Shown: positions 22,948 through 35,627, numbered from the stretch's first letter. The stretch: DNA of 64,000 nucleotides from an uncultured Methanomicrobiaceae archaeon (GCA_963826525.1 CAWGXH010000004.1:1248001-1312000), one strand, 5' to 3'. The notes: generated by a model not told the origin, from the letters alone. Numbers and translations are program-made.

Positions 22948-23485
22948 ATGAATCGACAAATGCTCCTGCTGCTCGCTGCTCTCGTGGTCACGGCAGCAAT
23001 CGTTGCAGGCGCGGCGCTCCTGATGCCGGGCACCGCTCCTTCAGCCCCGACCTACACGAATACGACCTACGGCTATGCGGTCACCTACCCGGCCGGGTGG
23101 CAGTACGCCGAGACTGCCGGGAGTGTCGCGTTCTCCTCCCCGGACGGCCACGAGGAGATGCGGATCACCACCGATCCCCTCTCCGGCGACTACCCGGTCG
23201 ATTCCGTCCTCCGCTCGCTGAACGCCACCTATGCCTCGGATTTTGCGCGGGATATCCCCGGCACCGAGTGGGTCTCGACGACCGAAACCGTGCTCGACGG
23301 CGCTCCTGCGTACGAGAGCGTCTTTACGAGCCCGATCCAGGGGGAGGAGCGCTATGACATTCGTCGCCCGGTACGCGGTGCACGACGGTGTCGTCTACTC
23401 GGTGATGTACACGGTGTTTCCCCCTGCATACGATCCGTATACCGGTCATGGCGAGGAGATGCTCGAATCGTTCCGCTTCCTCTGA
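22948..23485 (+). CDS. PsbP-like secreted/membrane-anchored protein (frameshift near 23360)
   Basis: Signal/TM helix, then YTNTTYGYAVTYPAGW, LDGAPAY, EEMLESFRF. Confidence 0.65.
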
Positions 23486-23499
23486 TCCCTGCGCCGGCC

Positions 23500-23532
23500 T
23501 TCTCCCGATCGGAGCGTTCTCCGTCGGGAGAA
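23500..23532. terminator. strong intergenic hairpin
   Basis: TTCTCCCGA(T)CGGAG-CGTT-CTCCG-TCGGGAGAA, followed by an A-run and a T-run. Confidence 0.45.
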
Positions 23533-23573
23533 AAACCATGATCTTTTTTCCTGCTCCTCGCCCTATTTCTTCT

Positions 23574-24285
23574 ATGAGATCGTTTCTTCTGATCCCGATC
23601 CTCCTCTGCGCCGCTCTCATTGCATGCGGATGCACGGGAACCGCCCCGACAGCACCGGACCAGGTGCCGACCGCCACACCGACCCCGACGGATACCGCCG
23701 CTCCCGCTCCGACGCCGGACGGCGAGGTGACGGTGCTCGGCGGTGCCGGAAACGCTACCCGCGTTGTCGCGCTCGATGCCGGGCTGTACGTTTTTGCCAT
23801 GCAGCACGACGGCACCGGGCCGTTCAGCGTCGATATCGAGAGTGAAGAGGTCTTCGGCGGCCTTGCTCACGCCACCGGAGCATACGACGGAGAGCAGGCG
23901 TTCGGCCTCCCCGACTCTCGGCGAGTATGAGTTTTCGGTCACCGCCGACGGGAACTGGACGATAGCGGTCGAACGGCCGCAGGCGATCAACGGCATCCCG
24001 CCCCAGACCTTCACCGGCACCGGTGACGGTGCGACGCCGCTCTTCCAGATCCCGGCAGGGAACGCCTCTTTTGCCATGACGGTCGAGAGCCCGGCGGAGT
24101 GTGCGGTCTGGCTCTACAACAGCACCGGGTCGCTCGTCTTCGACCCGACCGGCACCTATGTCGAGCCGCTCCACTGGCACGAAGGCGCATATAACGGCAC
24201 CGCAACCGTCCGGATCACCGATGCGGATAACTACCTGCTGAATGTGATGGCGGAAGGGCCGTGGACGATCACGGTCACAGTCTGA
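23574..24285 (+). CDS. putative lipoprotein with duplicated beta-sandwich domains (frameshift near 23920)
   Basis: Lipobox-like LIACGC, Pro/Thr linker, two repeats ending VTADGNWTI / VMAEGPWTI. Confidence 0.65.
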
Positions 24286-24528
24286 CCTTTTTCACTCTTT
24301 TTCTTCCGCTTCGACCGTCACGCTCCCGTCTCCCCTCGGTGATGAGCTCGATACATCCCGCCCGACCATCGGGCTCCGGCCAGGATAGGGCGATACCATC
24401 GCCCACCCGGTGGTGAGCGTGCCGAACGCTGGGAAGGCAGAGACAATTGCGACGATCCCGACGACGCGGCCGGGGGCACGAGAAACATGACGGAAAGGAT
24501 AAGATACCGTACGCCGAATGTGGAGCGT

Positions 24529-24854
24529 ATGGATTGCTTCACCTCCGGGACGACCCGGTGCGGCGCCCCTTCGTCGCCGCCTGCAGGCGAACGGAGACGG
24601 AAGAGTGACCGGATGCAGCTCCTTATGGAGATACGGGAATTTTCCCGTGAGCATCGGGATATCCTTGCCCGGTACCACCGCTATGCACCCGGTGACCTCG
24701 ACCGGATTTACGCGGAGTGCCGGCGGCTGCAGGAGGAGGCGTGCCGCCAGGGTGCCTGCGGGACCGCCGGCGAGCTCGCGGAGTCGAGTACGTCATCGGC
24801 CGGGCGAAGGAGATGAAAGCGAAAGGAATGGAGGACGGGAGTCTTTCCGGATAG
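24529..24854 (+). CDS. hypothetical protein (probable frameshift near 24785)
   Basis: Coding-like stretch RMQLLMEIREFSREHRDILARYHRY. Start codon uncertain. Confidence 0.4.
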
Positions 24855-24879
24855 TCCTGATTTCCTCTCCCTACGCACC

Positions 24880-25383
24880 TCACGCTGCTAGCCGCACCGA
24901 GACCGGGATGCCCCTCGTGATGATGTCGACCACCGGCGACGTTTCGACCACCCTGTCGAGGAGCGTCTGTTTCTCCGCTCTTCCGGCATCGCACTCAAGA
25001 TGAACCCGGACACGAATCTGCTGATACCCGGGATGCACTCCTTCCAGGCCGAAAAATCCGCGGATGTCAAGATCCCCTTCGGTCTCGATCTCGATGGAAT
25101 CGATCTGGATTCCCTTCAGCGCCGCCATGTAACTGATCCCGACGGTCAGGCAGCCACCGAGGGCGGCCAGTACCCTGCTCCACCGGATTCGGGGCATGGT
25201 CTGTTCCGAAGAGCGCCGCCGACTCATCGGCCTCGAGCGTGAAATTGCGGATCGTGCTGACCGACCGTGCCCCCCGGCCCAGGTCGTCGTCGCCCGGAAG
25301 ACAAACTGCCCTTTCACCGGATCCTTCGTGACCTGTTCCAGTCCGGCCTTCAGGGCACCGGTATCCACTCCATTGATCTCCAT
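24880..25383 (-). CDS. OsmC family protein (probable compensating frameshifts)
   Basis: INGVD, LAALGGCLTVG, EGDLDIRGFFG, SPVVD. GGAGG RBS. Confidence 0.85.
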   Translation of the reverse strand: MEINGVDTGALKAGLEQVTKDPVKGQFVFRATTTWAGGHGRSARSAISRSRPMSRRRSSEQTMPRIRWSRVLAALGGCLTVGISYMAALKGIQIDSIEIETEGDLDIRGFFGLEGVHPGYQQIRVRVHLECDAGRAEKQTLLDRVVETSPVVDIITRGIPVSVRLAA

Positions 25384-25642
25384 TCTCAAACCTCCGGAGA
25401 TACGGACTTGGCCTGATGGGAGAAGTAGATTGCGGAGGTAATGGAAAATGTGACAGATGCCATGCGAGCGAAACTGATGAGGACTCCTGGAGATAAGCCG
25501 GAGATTGAAATACTACCTCTCCTGATACTGACCGGTCGGGAACATCTGATTATGTTCCTGCTTTCTTCAGGATGACCGGAGGTGAGCCGGGAGGAGCGAT
25601 CGCTTCACCCCTCCTGATAAAAGAGCGGGGCTCTGCCGTCTC

Positions 25643-25879
25643 TCACCAGATCTCTTCCGGGAGCTCGACAAGATCGTCTTCGTCGGACGGCACCACTACC
25701 TCGGGCGAGATATCGAAGTAATCTTCGATGATCGCGTCGTCCTGCTCGTCGTGGTATTGCTCGCCCGGCTCTTTCATCTTCATCCAGAGGCGGATCTGCT
25801 GGAGGAGTGTCATGGTCTTCCGGTCTTCTGCCTCCTCTTCCGGGAAGGCACTTTCTTCATACACTAATGCCATATTCAT
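25643..25879 (-). CDS. small acidic hypothetical protein
   Basis: 78-aa ORF, very acidic C-terminus. Confidence 0.5.
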   Translation of the reverse strand: MNMALVYEESAFPEEEAEDRKTMTLLQQIRLWMKMKEPGEQYHDEQDDAIIEDYFDISPEVVVPSDEDDLVELPEEIW

Positions 25880-25979
25880 TCTTCTGCTACAAAACTCTGT
25901 TCAAACGTTATTTCGCTGTATCCGTCGCATGGTGCTCCGCGAATGCAGAAACGGCGCCTGTAGGTTTTCTGCCGGGCAC

Positions 25980-27763
25980 TCACGTCCGCTGGAACATCCG
26001 GTCGAGCTTCTGCTTCGACAGCGCCACCACCGTCGGGCGGCCGTGCGGGCAGGTCCAGGGAGTCTTCGTCGCCGCGAGCTGATCGATGAGCCGCCGCATC
26101 TGCTCGCCCGTGAGCAGAGCTCCGGCCTTCACCGCTCCCCGGCAGGCGACGACCGTCGTTACCCGCTCCTTCACTCCGGCTGCGGTCTTCTGCCCGTCAC
26201 CGATGAGGTCGGTGATCGTCTCGCGGATCACCGCCGTATCCTCAAGCTTCCCGAGCACGACCGGTACCGCCCTGACGGCGTAGGTGTCCCGTCCGAACTC
26301 CTCGACGACGAACCCTTCTTCGGCGAGAAGGGGGATTGCCTCGCGGATGATCGCCGACTCGCCCGGCCGCAGCGAGAGGATCACCGGCATGAGCAGTTCC
26401 TGCGACCGGTCTTCTGCGTCGCGCCGCTCTACGACCTGTTCGTAGAGGACCCGCTCGTGGGCGGCGTGCTGGTCGATGAGGTAGAGCGTCCCGTCCGGCC
26501 CCGCGGGCGACGATGTAGGTCGCAGCGACCTGCCCTATCGGCTCCATCGCAGGGAGAAAGTTCTGCTCTCCCGGAGTAGCGAGTTCCGTCTGGCGGAGGC
26601 TGGCGGTCGGAGGCGGCGAGCATCCGGTGGCTGGGAGCATAGGCCGGCTCCGGTGACGCGACCAGCCCGATCTCCGGGAGCGGGGGAAGATCGGGCGCTA
26701 TAGCGGTCTGAACCGGCTCACCGTCCCTCTCGTCGCGGGAGAGATCCCGGCCGCCGAGCGCCTCCGCCACTGCATCCGTGATCGCGGAGAGGATCTCCCT
26801 CTCCCGGCTGAGCCTTACTTCGCGCTTGGTGGGGTGGACGTTCACGTCGACGAGGGTCGTGTCGATGTCGAGGTCGAGGAAGACCACCGGGTAGCGGTCT
26901 TTCGGGAGCAGGGTGCCGTATCCCTCCCTGATCGCGCCGACGATCGGGCGGGAGGCGACGCTCCGGCCGTTGATGCTGACGCTGACCTGGAACGGGCTTC
27001 CTCGGCTCTCCGCCGGACGGGAGATGTAACCTCCCATCCGCATAAACGGCGTCCGCCCTGCAACCGGGATCAGTGACCGGGCGAGATCGATCCCGTGGAG
27101 GCCGACGATGGCGTCGCGGAGCTCCGCCGACCGCTGGGTCGCTATCCGTTCCCGGCCGTTCTGTACCAGGCGGAATGCGATGTCGCTGTGGGCGAGGGCT
27201 ATCGTCTCGACCGTGCCGTAGAGGTGGGCAAGTTCGGTATTCCGGCTCTTTAAGAACTTCCGGCGGGCGGGGGTGTTGTAGAAGAGATCCTCTACAATTA
27301 CCGTCGTCCCCTCGGGAGCGCCGGTCTCGCGGTCTTCGAGCACCTCGCCGCCCCGGACGACGATCCTTCTGGCGGCGATCGTCCCCTCTCCTCTCGCCCG
27401 GGTAACCAGCGTCACCTGCGCCACAGCGGCGATGCTGGCGAGCGCCTCGCCCCGGAACCCCAGTGTCCGGATGACGTGCAGGTCCCCGATCTCCCGTATC
27501 TTACTCGTTGCATGGGGCTCGAAGGCGAGGAGCGCCTCCTCGGGCGTCATCCCGCACCCGTCGTCGGTGATCCGGATCCGCGTGATTCCTTTCATATCGG
27601 AGGTCACGTCTACGAGGATGGACGTCGCCCCGGCATCGACGGCGTTCTCGACGAGTTCCTTGACGACCGACGCCGGCCGCTCCACCACCTCGCCGGCGGC
27701 GATCTGGTTCACCGTCGCGGGGTCGAGCCGGTGGATCCGGGGTTCGGGGACAGGAGCGTTCAT
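25980..27763 (-). CDS. mutL: DNA mismatch repair endonuclease MutL (frameshifts near 26600 and 26500)
   Basis: NQIAAGEVVERPASVVKELVEN, GFRGEAL, VDVNVHPTK, ACRGAVK, CPHGRP. Confidence 0.95.
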
Positions 27764-30384
27764 CGCTGCCCGTTTCCTCCGTTTGCCAGGTTCCTGAGCC
27801 GGTGGAGGGTGTTTAAGGCCGCGAGCGGGGTCATTTCGTCGAGATTCATCGCCCGGAGCTCTTCGACCGCCGGGTTCACCTCGACGACGCCCTCACCCGT
27901 ATCGACGAGCAGCATCTGGGTGTAGCGGGGCGTCTTTCCGCCGCCTTTCAACTCCTGCGCCATCGCCTCTTTGAGGATGACGAGCGCCCGCTCGGTCACC
28001 TTCTTCGGGATACCGGCAAGCTCCGCGACGTGGACGCCGTAACTCTTATCGGTCGCACCCTGGACGAGTCGCCGGAGGAAGATCACCTCGCGTCCCGTAT
28101 CCTTCACTGCGAAGTGGAAGTTTCTCACCCGCTTGAGTCTCCCCTCGAGCTCGATCAAGCTCGTGAAAGTGGGTGGCGAAGAGCGTGCGCGGGCCGACCA
28201 CCGCTTTGCCGTGGAGGAACTCGACCACCGCCTGGGCTATCGAGAACCCATCGAGGGTGCTCGTTCCCCTGCCGATCTCGTCGAGGATTACGAGGCTCTG
28301 CGGCGTGACGTTGTTGAGGATGTTCGCAAGTTCGAGCATCTCCACCATGAAGGTGCTCTGGCCGCTCGCAAGGTCGTCGAACGCCCCGACCCGGGTGAAG
28401 ACCCGGTCGACGATTCCGATCGTGGCGTGCCGGGCGGGGACGAAGCTTCCCATCTGGGCCATGATGCAGAGGAGAGCGACCGCCCGCATGTACGTTGACT
28501 TTCCGGCCATGTTCGCGCCGGTGACGATCATGATCTGGTTGCCGCTCCCATCGAGGTCGGTGTCGTTCGGCACGAACCCGAACTCCATGCTCCGCTCCAC
28601 GACCGGGTGGCGCCCCTCCCTGAACGACGATCCGGCTGCTCTCCTCGATGACCGGGCGGGTATAGTCGTAACGGGCCGCATTCTCGGCGAGGGCCGCATA
28701 GACGTCGAGGTGCCCGATCGCCCGGGCGGTCGCCTGCAACGCGGGAACGCATTCGGCGAGCGTCCTCACCAGTTCGGCGTAGACCTCCGCCTCCAGAACC
28801 GAGAGCCGCTCTTCGGCGGTTGCGATCAGCGCCTCCTTCTCGCGAAGCTCGGGGATGGTATACCGCTCGCCGTTCGCCGTCGTCTGCCGGCGCTCGGTAC
28901 TCTTCCGGCACCAGGTGGAGGTTCGCCCTCGTCACCTCGATGAAGTAGCCGAAGATGCGGTTGTAGGAGACCTTCAGGGATTTGATTCCGGTGCGTTCCC
29001 GCTCCTGCTGCTGGAACTGCCCGATCCAGTCCTTCCCCGAGGTCGAGAGGCTCCGCAGTTCGTCGAGGTCGGCATCGAACCCTTCCCGGATCATCCCCCC
29101 CGATCGCGCCAGCGCCGGAGGTTCGTCGACGATCGCCCGGGCGATGAGATCCGCGGTCGCGGAGAGATCGCTCATGGCGTCGAGGGCTCCCCTGATATTC
29201 TCCGGCATGTCACCTGTGAGAAGTTCCTTTAAGGCCGGGATTCTCTCTATCGACTCGGTCAGCGTGACCAGATCGCGCGGCCCGGCATTCCCGTAGGATA
29301 TCCGCCCGGCGATCCGCTCGATATCGCCGCACCGGTCGAGATGGGCGCGGAGGTCTGCTCGTACCATCGCACTATCGACGAAGTACTCGACCGCATCGAG
29401 CCGCCGGCCGATAGCCTCCGGGTCGATCAGGGGGGCTATCAGGAACGATCGCATCAGGCGGCTGCCCATCGAGGTCTCGGTGACGTCGAGGGCATCGAGG
29501 AGCGTGACACCGGCCGCCTCGCCCCGGATACTCTTCGTGATTTCGAGGTTCCGGAGGGTGATGGCGTCGAGCACCATATTCCGTGCCGAAAACCTCGTTG
29601 CAAGGCCGGCGATGTGGGCGAGTCCCGACTGCTGTGTCTCCCGGGCGTAGCGGAGGGCGGCGCCTGCGGCAGCGACCGCCCCGTCGAGTTCCTCGCAGCC
29701 GTATCCGGCGAGCGAACTCGTGCCGAACTGCTCGCAGAGGAGCGAGCGGGCGGTCTCTGTGAGGAAGGCATCGTCACGGTAGCGGGAAACGAGAATGCCC
29801 TGCGCCCGGAGCCTGCCGGCGAGCGCGTCGGGAGCGCTCTCCGGGACGATGCACTCGGACGGGCGGTAGCGGACGACCTCCGAGACGACCTCGCCATAAT
29901 CGCGCCCTGCATCCGAGGCCGAGACGAAGAACTCACCGGTGGAGACGTCGAGGAATGCCGTTCCGATCGATCCCTTCTTCCCGGGAGCGACGGCCATGAG
30001 GTACTGTGCGCCCGATGACCCGAGCATCGAGGAGTCGATGACCGTGCCGGGCGTGATGACGCGCACGACATCCCGCTTCACGATGCCCTTCGCCTTCTTC
30101 GGGTCTTCGACCTGGTCGCAGACCACCACCTTGAACCCTTTGTTCACCAAGCGGGCGATGTAGCCCTCGGCGGCATGGTGAGGGACACCGGCGAGCGGCA
30201 TCCGTTCACCGTTTTTGTCCCGTCCGCGGGAGGTCAGGACTATATCGAGCTCGCGCGCAACGACGGCGGCATCTTCACCGAAGGTCTCGTAAAAGTCACC
30301 CATCTGGAAGAAGAGGATAGCATCGGGGTGCTCTGCCTTAGCCGTATAGTACTGTTTCATCGCCGGGCTTGGTCCGTCCTTCAT
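27760..30384 (-). CDS. mutS: DNA mismatch repair protein MutS (several frameshifts)
   Basis: [45 protein letters not shown]. Confidence 0.95.
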
Positions 30385-30540
30385 CGCGCTTCACTAGTAG
30401 GTCCTCGCGAGGGCACATAAGGCCTGCGTCTCCGCCGGAAAAGTGAAGATCCGGCGGAACCGGGTGCACCGGATCGGCAGAAATCGCGTGGTGCAGCCAA
30501 ACTACATACGTCATAAGAGCACAGTTTTACCCGGTAATAC

Positions 30541-31791
30541 ATGGCAGCGACGATTGTTGAGAAGATATTCTCGTCGCACTGCGGCAGAGAAATCCGTGCA
30601 GGCGACGTAGTGATGGCACCGGTAGATGCGGCGATGATTCACGATATCACCGGCCCGCTTGCAGTCAGGGTGCTGCGCGAAATGGGTGGAGAGCGAGTCT
30701 TCGATCCACGGAAGATCGTCATGCTCTTTGATCACCAGATTCCTGCGGATTCCATTCCTGCCGCAGAGAACCATGTCTTCATGCGAGAGTTTGCGCGTGA
30801 GCAGGGCATCCACAACTACGACATGCGGGAAGGCGTCTGCCACCAGGTCGTCATGGAGAAAGGCCACGCGGCTCCGGGAGAGATCGTGGTCGGCACCGAC
30901 TCGCATACCTGCACCTACGGGGCGGGCGGTGCGTTTGCCACCGGTATCGGTTCGACGGATATGGGTTTTGTCTTAAAGTTCGGAGCCCTCTACTTCAGGG
31001 TTCCCGAGAGCATCCTCGTCGAGACGAACGGCCGGTTCGGTCGGCGTGTCGGTGCAAAAGACCTCATCCTCAATATCGCAGGGGATATCGGTGCCGACGG
31101 GGCGACCTACCAGGCACTCGAGTTCGTCGGCGATACGTTCCGGACGATGGATATGGCAGGCAGGATGACCTGCGCCAACATGGCCATCGAGATGGGGGCA
31201 AAAGCCGGCATCGTGCCGCCGGACAGGGCGACCTGGGAGTATCTCGCTCCCCGGCGGGCGATGCAGCCCTTCGATCTTGCGAGCGACCCGGACGCTGTCT
31301 ACGCCGAGTACCGGCAGTACGATGTCGCCGATCTGGCTCCGCAGGTCGCCGTCCCGCACAACGTCGATAACGTCGTGGACGTCGATGAGGTGGCGGGGAC
31401 GAAGGTCGACCAGGTCTTCATCGGGTCGTGCACGAACGGCCGGTTCGAGGACCTCGCCGAGGCGGCCGAGGTGCTTGGGAAGGAGCGGTTCGCGGAGGGT
31501 GTCCGGGTTATCGTCATCCCCGCATCCCGGGACGAATACCTAAAGTCGCTCAAGGCAGGGCTCATCGAGCGGTTCGTGGAGGCCGGAGCGCTCTTCGAGG
31601 CTCCCTGTTGTGGCCCCTGCATGGGCGGCGCGTTCGGGCTCCTCGCACCCGGTGAGGTCTCGCTCTCGACCTCGAACCGGAACTTCAAAGGAAGGCAGGG
31701 CAGCACCGCCGCGTCGGTTTATCTCTGCTCCCCGGCGACTGCGGCGGCAAGCGCCATCTACGGCGAGATTACCGATCCGAGGGAGGTGTGA
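30541..31791 (+). CDS. leuC: 3-isopropylmalate dehydratase large subunit
   Basis: [37 protein letters not shown]. Confidence 0.9.
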   Translation: MAATIVEKIFSSHCGREIRAGDVVMAPVDAAMIHDITGPLAVRVLREMGGERVFDPRKIVMLFDHQIPADSIPAAENHVFMREFAREQGIHNYDMREGVCHQVVMEKGHAAPGEIVVGTDSHTCTYGAGGAFATGIGSTDMGFVLKFGALYFRVPESILVETNGRFGRRVGAKDLILNIAGDIGADGATYQALEFVGDTFRTMDMAGRMTCANMAIEMGAKAGIVPPDRATWEYLAPRRAMQPFDLASDPDAVYAEYRQYDVADLAPQVAVPHNVDNVVDVDEVAGTKVDQVFIGSCTNGRFEDLAEAAEVLGKERFAEGVRVIVIPASRDEYLKSLKAGLIERFVEAGALFEAPCCGPCMGGAFGLLAPGEVSLSTSNRNFKGRQGSTAASVYLCSPATAAASAIYGEITDPREV

Positions 31792-31794
31792 ACC

Positions 31795-32293
31795 ATGCGA
31801 GTCTGGAAATTCGGCGACGATATCGATACGGATGCAATCATCCCGGGCAGGTTCCTGACGATCTACGACGAGAAGGAACTCGCAGAGCACGTCTTTGAGG
31901 GAATACGCGACGAGCTTCGCGCAACCGTCGCGGAAGGCGACATACTCGTCGCCGGCAATAACTTCGGGTGCGGGTCGTCCCGTGAACACGCTCCCCTCGC
32001 GCTGCGGGGCGCCGGGATCAGGATCGTGATCGCAAAGTCCTTTGCCCGGATCTTCTACCGGAACGCGATCAATACGGGGCTTCTGCCCCTGGTCTGCCCT
32101 GAGGCGGATACGATCGAGGACGGAAGCGAAATTGTCGTGAATCACGGCGGACGGCTCCGTCGAGGCGGACGGAAGGAAACTTCCCATCGAGCCGGTGCCG
32201 CCGTTCCTCCAGCGGATCGTCGATGCCGGGGGACTCGTCGAGTACGCGAAGGGAATGGATGAGGTGGAGACATGTACCGAATCGCAAGCATAG
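31795..32293 (+). CDS. leuD: 3-isopropylmalate dehydratase small subunit (frameshift near 32150)
   Basis: [30 protein letters not shown]. The loop reads FLTIY rather than the HacB-type YLRT. Confidence 0.85.
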
Positions 32294-33391
32294 GCGGCGA
32301 CGGCATCGGCCCTGAGATCATCGAGGCCGGAAAAGTCGTTCTGGATGCGGCCGGCGAGCGGTACGGCTTTGATATCGCATGGGAAGACTTCGCTATCGGG
32401 GCCGACCGATACCTCGCGACCGGCGAGCTCGTCACCGAGGAGGATCTCGCCGACCTCTCCCGGTTCCGAGGCGATCTACTTCGGGGCTATCGGGGACGAC
32501 CGGGTGAAACCCGGCATCCTCGAGAAGGGTATTCTGCTCGCCCTCCGGTTCCACTTCGATCAGTTCGTCAACCTCCGGCCGATCAAGCTGCTGGAGGGGG
32601 TTGCAACACCGCTTGCGAACAAAACCCCGGCGGATATCGACTTCGTCGTCGTCCGCGAGAACACCGAGGACTTCTACGTCGGTATCGGGTCGCGGTTCAC
32701 CGGCGGGAGCGAGACAGCGACGCTCGAGGTCGTCCGCGATATCTACCAGGTGAAGTTCGGGATGGACGTTACGACCGATGCGGAGGAGATTGCCTACCAG
32801 ATCGGTGTCATCACCCGCGAGGGAGCGGAGCGTGTCATGCGTTACGCCTTCGACCTTGCACAGCGGCGGGAGAAGAAACTCACCTCCGTGGACAAGGCGA
32901 ACGTCCTCTCCGATGTCTACGGCCTCTGGCGCGACGTCTTTTCGGGTGTTGCGAAGGATTACCCGGAGGTTTCGACCGAGTTCAATTTCGTGGACGCTGT
33001 CACGATGTGGTTTGTCAAGAACCCCGAGTGGTTCGACGTCGTGGTCACGCCCAATATGTTCGGCGATATCATCACCGACCTCGGGGCAATCATCCAGGGC
33101 GGGCTCGGCCTCGCCCCGGGCGGGAACATCAACCCGCAGGGCACTTCCATGTTCGAACCTATCCATGGTTCGGCACCGAAGTACAAAGGGCTCAACGTGG
33201 CAAACCCCATGGCCACCATCTGGGCGGGATCGATGATGCTCGACCATCTCGGCGAGCACGAGGCGGCGGCGGCCGTCCTCCGGGGTATCGAGCAGAGCAT
33301 CACCGAACAGTTCGTCACCCGGGATATGGGCGGGAAGGCGACGACGAGCGAGGTCGGCGACCACGTGGCGTCGCTGGTCCTGCAACGATAA
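32272..33391 (+). CDS. leuB: 3-isopropylmalate dehydrogenase (frameshift near 32470)
   Basis: [37 protein letters not shown]. Confidence 0.88.
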
Positions 33392-33444
33392 CTCCTTTTT
33401 TACACCGGTCGGAAAGCGCCACAGGAAAAAGAGAGTGTCTCGAT

Positions 33445-34050
33445 CTACTCGGCTTTCCTCTCAAGAAGCCTGCGGATAGCTTTGAGTTCCGCGAGTATGG
33501 CATCGTCTCCCGCTACTGTGCGGGGCGGCGCCGCGGGCTGCTCTGGCTGGCCTTCGGTTGCGACGGGAGGAGCGCCCCGGACAAAACTCATGATCGTCTC
33601 CCGGAGATCCTCGGCATCCTCGATCCCGTTTAAGTTGATCTCCGCCCGTGCCTGGGCGGAATAACCCGCTGTCTGGACACGGAGAGATGAGAACCCGAAG
33701 TAGCGCATCAGCGGCCCCTGGGTAATATCGACGTTTGTGATTCGGTTGTAGGGGACGATCCCGGTCTGCCGGAACCAGACCCCCCGCCTCCACGAGATCT
33801 CGGTAGGGGTGAGCTGGTAGATGACGCTTCTGTAGTAGAGCGGGATCCAGACTGCGACGAAGGCGAGGACTGCGGCGATCGGGATGCCGACGGCGAGGAC
33901 GGCGGGCAGCGATCCAGTGAGCCCCAGGGGCAGGACGACGAAGGGGAGGACGAATACCACGACGATCAGGACGAACGTGACATACATATACGTCCGGTAT
34001 GCCGGTTCGGGTTTGAACGGCTCTCCGATGTGGAAGGGTACGGTTGCCAT
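33445..34050 (-). CDS. membrane protein with bacterial PH (bPH_2) domain
   Basis: Two TM helices, then RRGVWF...VPYNRITNVDITQGPLMR...VQTAG. Confidence 0.85.
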   Translation of the reverse strand: MATVPFHIGEPFKPEPAYRTYMYVTFVLIVVVFVLPFVVLPLGLTGSLPAVLAVGIPIAAVLAFVAVWIPLYYRSVIYQLTPTEISWRRGVWFRQTGIVPYNRITNVDITQGPLMRYFGFSSLRVQTAGYSAQARAEINLNGIEDAEDLRETIMSFVRGAPPVATEGQPEQPAAPPRTVAGDDAILAELKAIRRLLERKAE

Positions 34051-34116
34051 CTGTATCACCCGTCTGGTTCGCGCTCTCCGGTGTTGAAGGTATCAGTTCG
34101 ATAGCGTGAATGCTGT

Positions 34117-34548
34117 TTATGTCTCTCCTGCGGTGACCCGGTAGTATGTTCCGTGGTACTCAAGAAGGATGTTCTGGACGTTTCCGCTCTCATCGGGGTA
34201 CCAGGCGTAGCGGGTTATCAACTGCTCCTCTTCGTCGGGCGTAATACGGAGCGAGCTATATTCGGGGGGGTTCGAGAGGCGAGGAAGGCGATCGAAGAGT
34301 GTGCCGGTCGGGCGGATGACCCTTTTCTGATCCCGGATCATCTCCGCGAGTGCCGGATGCCCGGTAAGATCGTCCTCGGTCAGGCGATAGACGATCTCGT
34401 CCTCCGGCGTATACGTAGCCGTATCGATCGCCTGCACCGTAAGGTAGCCCTGCGAGAAGCCGCCGACGGCGTATGCCGAGAGCAGCGTCATCGCGCTGAG
34501 CGAGACAAAGAGAACCAGTATCATACCTTCAACCCGCATGGTGCCCAT
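34117..34548 (-). CDS. hypothetical secreted/membrane protein
   Basis: N-terminal hydrophobic helix, C-terminal LEYHGTYYRV. Confidence 0.55.
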   Translation of the reverse strand: MGTMRVEGMILVLFVSLSAMTLLSAYAVGGFSQGYLTVQAIDTATYTPEDEIVYRLTEDDLTGHPALAEMIRDQKRVIRPTGTLFDRLPRLSNPPEYSSLRITPDEEEQLITRYAWYPDESGNVQNILLEYHGTYYRVTAGET

Positions 34549-34615
34549 TATGAATGAATCGCCTGATGGATATAAAAATCCACGGTCTCGCGGGAGACTA
34601 CAATAACCTCCGGGC

Positions 34616-35077
34616 TCACTCTATTTCCTTCCTCATAATCATCCGATCCGCTCCGGCACCGAAGTAGTCGCCGCAATAGTCGACCTGTGTAAATCCGTAC
34701 CTGTCGTAGAGGCTCCGCCCCGGGGCATTCGCCGGCGAGACCGATAGAAATACTTCGTGTATCTCCATGTCCTGAAACGCCGTGAGGATGTTCGCGACGA
34801 GACTCGCTCCCACACCCTGCCTCCGGTTTTCCTCCCGGACGGCGAGACGGATGATCCAGGCTTGCGAGTTCCTCTCCTGGATCCGGGCGCCGATGGTGTA
34901 CCCGATGATCTCACCGTCACGGTCGGCGACGAGGAAGGTCTCCGGGAAGAGGATGCCTGCCTGCCTGATGAAGACCGCGGGTTTGCATTCTCCGGGGATA
35001 TTCGCTTTTTCGAGGGAGCAGATCATGGAATAATCCGAGTCGCGGTACTGCCGGATAATCTGGTCCATGCTTGGCAT
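34616..35077 (-). CDS. GNAT family N-acetyltransferase (RimI-like)
   Basis: RLAVREENRRQGVG motif A, NAPGRSLYDRYGF. Confidence 0.85.
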   Translation of the reverse strand: MPSMDQIIRQYRDSDYSMICSLEKANIPGECKPAVFIRQAGILFPETFLVADRDGEIIGYTIGARIQERNSQAWIIRLAVREENRRQGVGASLVANILTAFQDMEIHEVFLSVSPANAPGRSLYDRYGFTQVDYCGDYFGAGADRMIMRKEIE

Positions 35078-35422
35078 ATTCGTCGCCGTTCTTGAAAAGA
35101 ATGCCCATTCGGGATCGTATTCCTTGCGATCAACCTTGCTATGATACCAATACCGACGGACACCGGGAACGGTGTGCCTGTCGATAAGAAAATGCGCATA
35201 GTCATCGCAGGATATGGAAAAATCCTGGTTATCGGCTATTTTCCGGCAATGGAGATCCCGGCACTCGCCGGCATGACGATCAGGGAGACCGGTCTTCCGG
35301 GTTTTGGCGTCCGGTTCGAGATACATATCCCGAACGGGACGTGCCAAATCTCACATGAGGCCGGGGAGCGGACATTCAGGCCGCTACCGACGTTGGGGTG
35401 AGGCCGAAAAACGGCCTCAACC

Positions 35423-35627
35423 TCACTTTTTGCCCTTTTCGAGCATGTCGCGTGCCATCTTGTAGGTCTCGACTTTATACTGCAACTGCTCGATCATATG
35501 TTCTTTCATCCGAATCTTCGACTCGATCATCCGGCCAACCAGCTGCCTGATCTGGTCCTCGTCGAGGCTGCTTCCACATCTTTTCCATAAGCTCCGAATG
35601 TACGTCGTATCCGCCACCATGTTGCAT
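35423..35627 (-). CDS. small coiled-coil hypothetical protein (frameshift near 35568)
   Basis: AGGAGG RBS. Reconstructed as MQHGGGYDVHSELMEKMWK/LDEDQIRQLVGRMIESKIRMKE. Confidence 0.55.

Noticed and set aside
25470-25560. C/D-box-like motifs (CTGATGA...CTGA) and a 7-bp inverted repeat GGAACAT-N6-ATGTTCC upstream of osmC
   Set aside because: The C box is imperfect, there are no clear C'/D' boxes or verifiable guide target, and a repeat this short can arise by chance.
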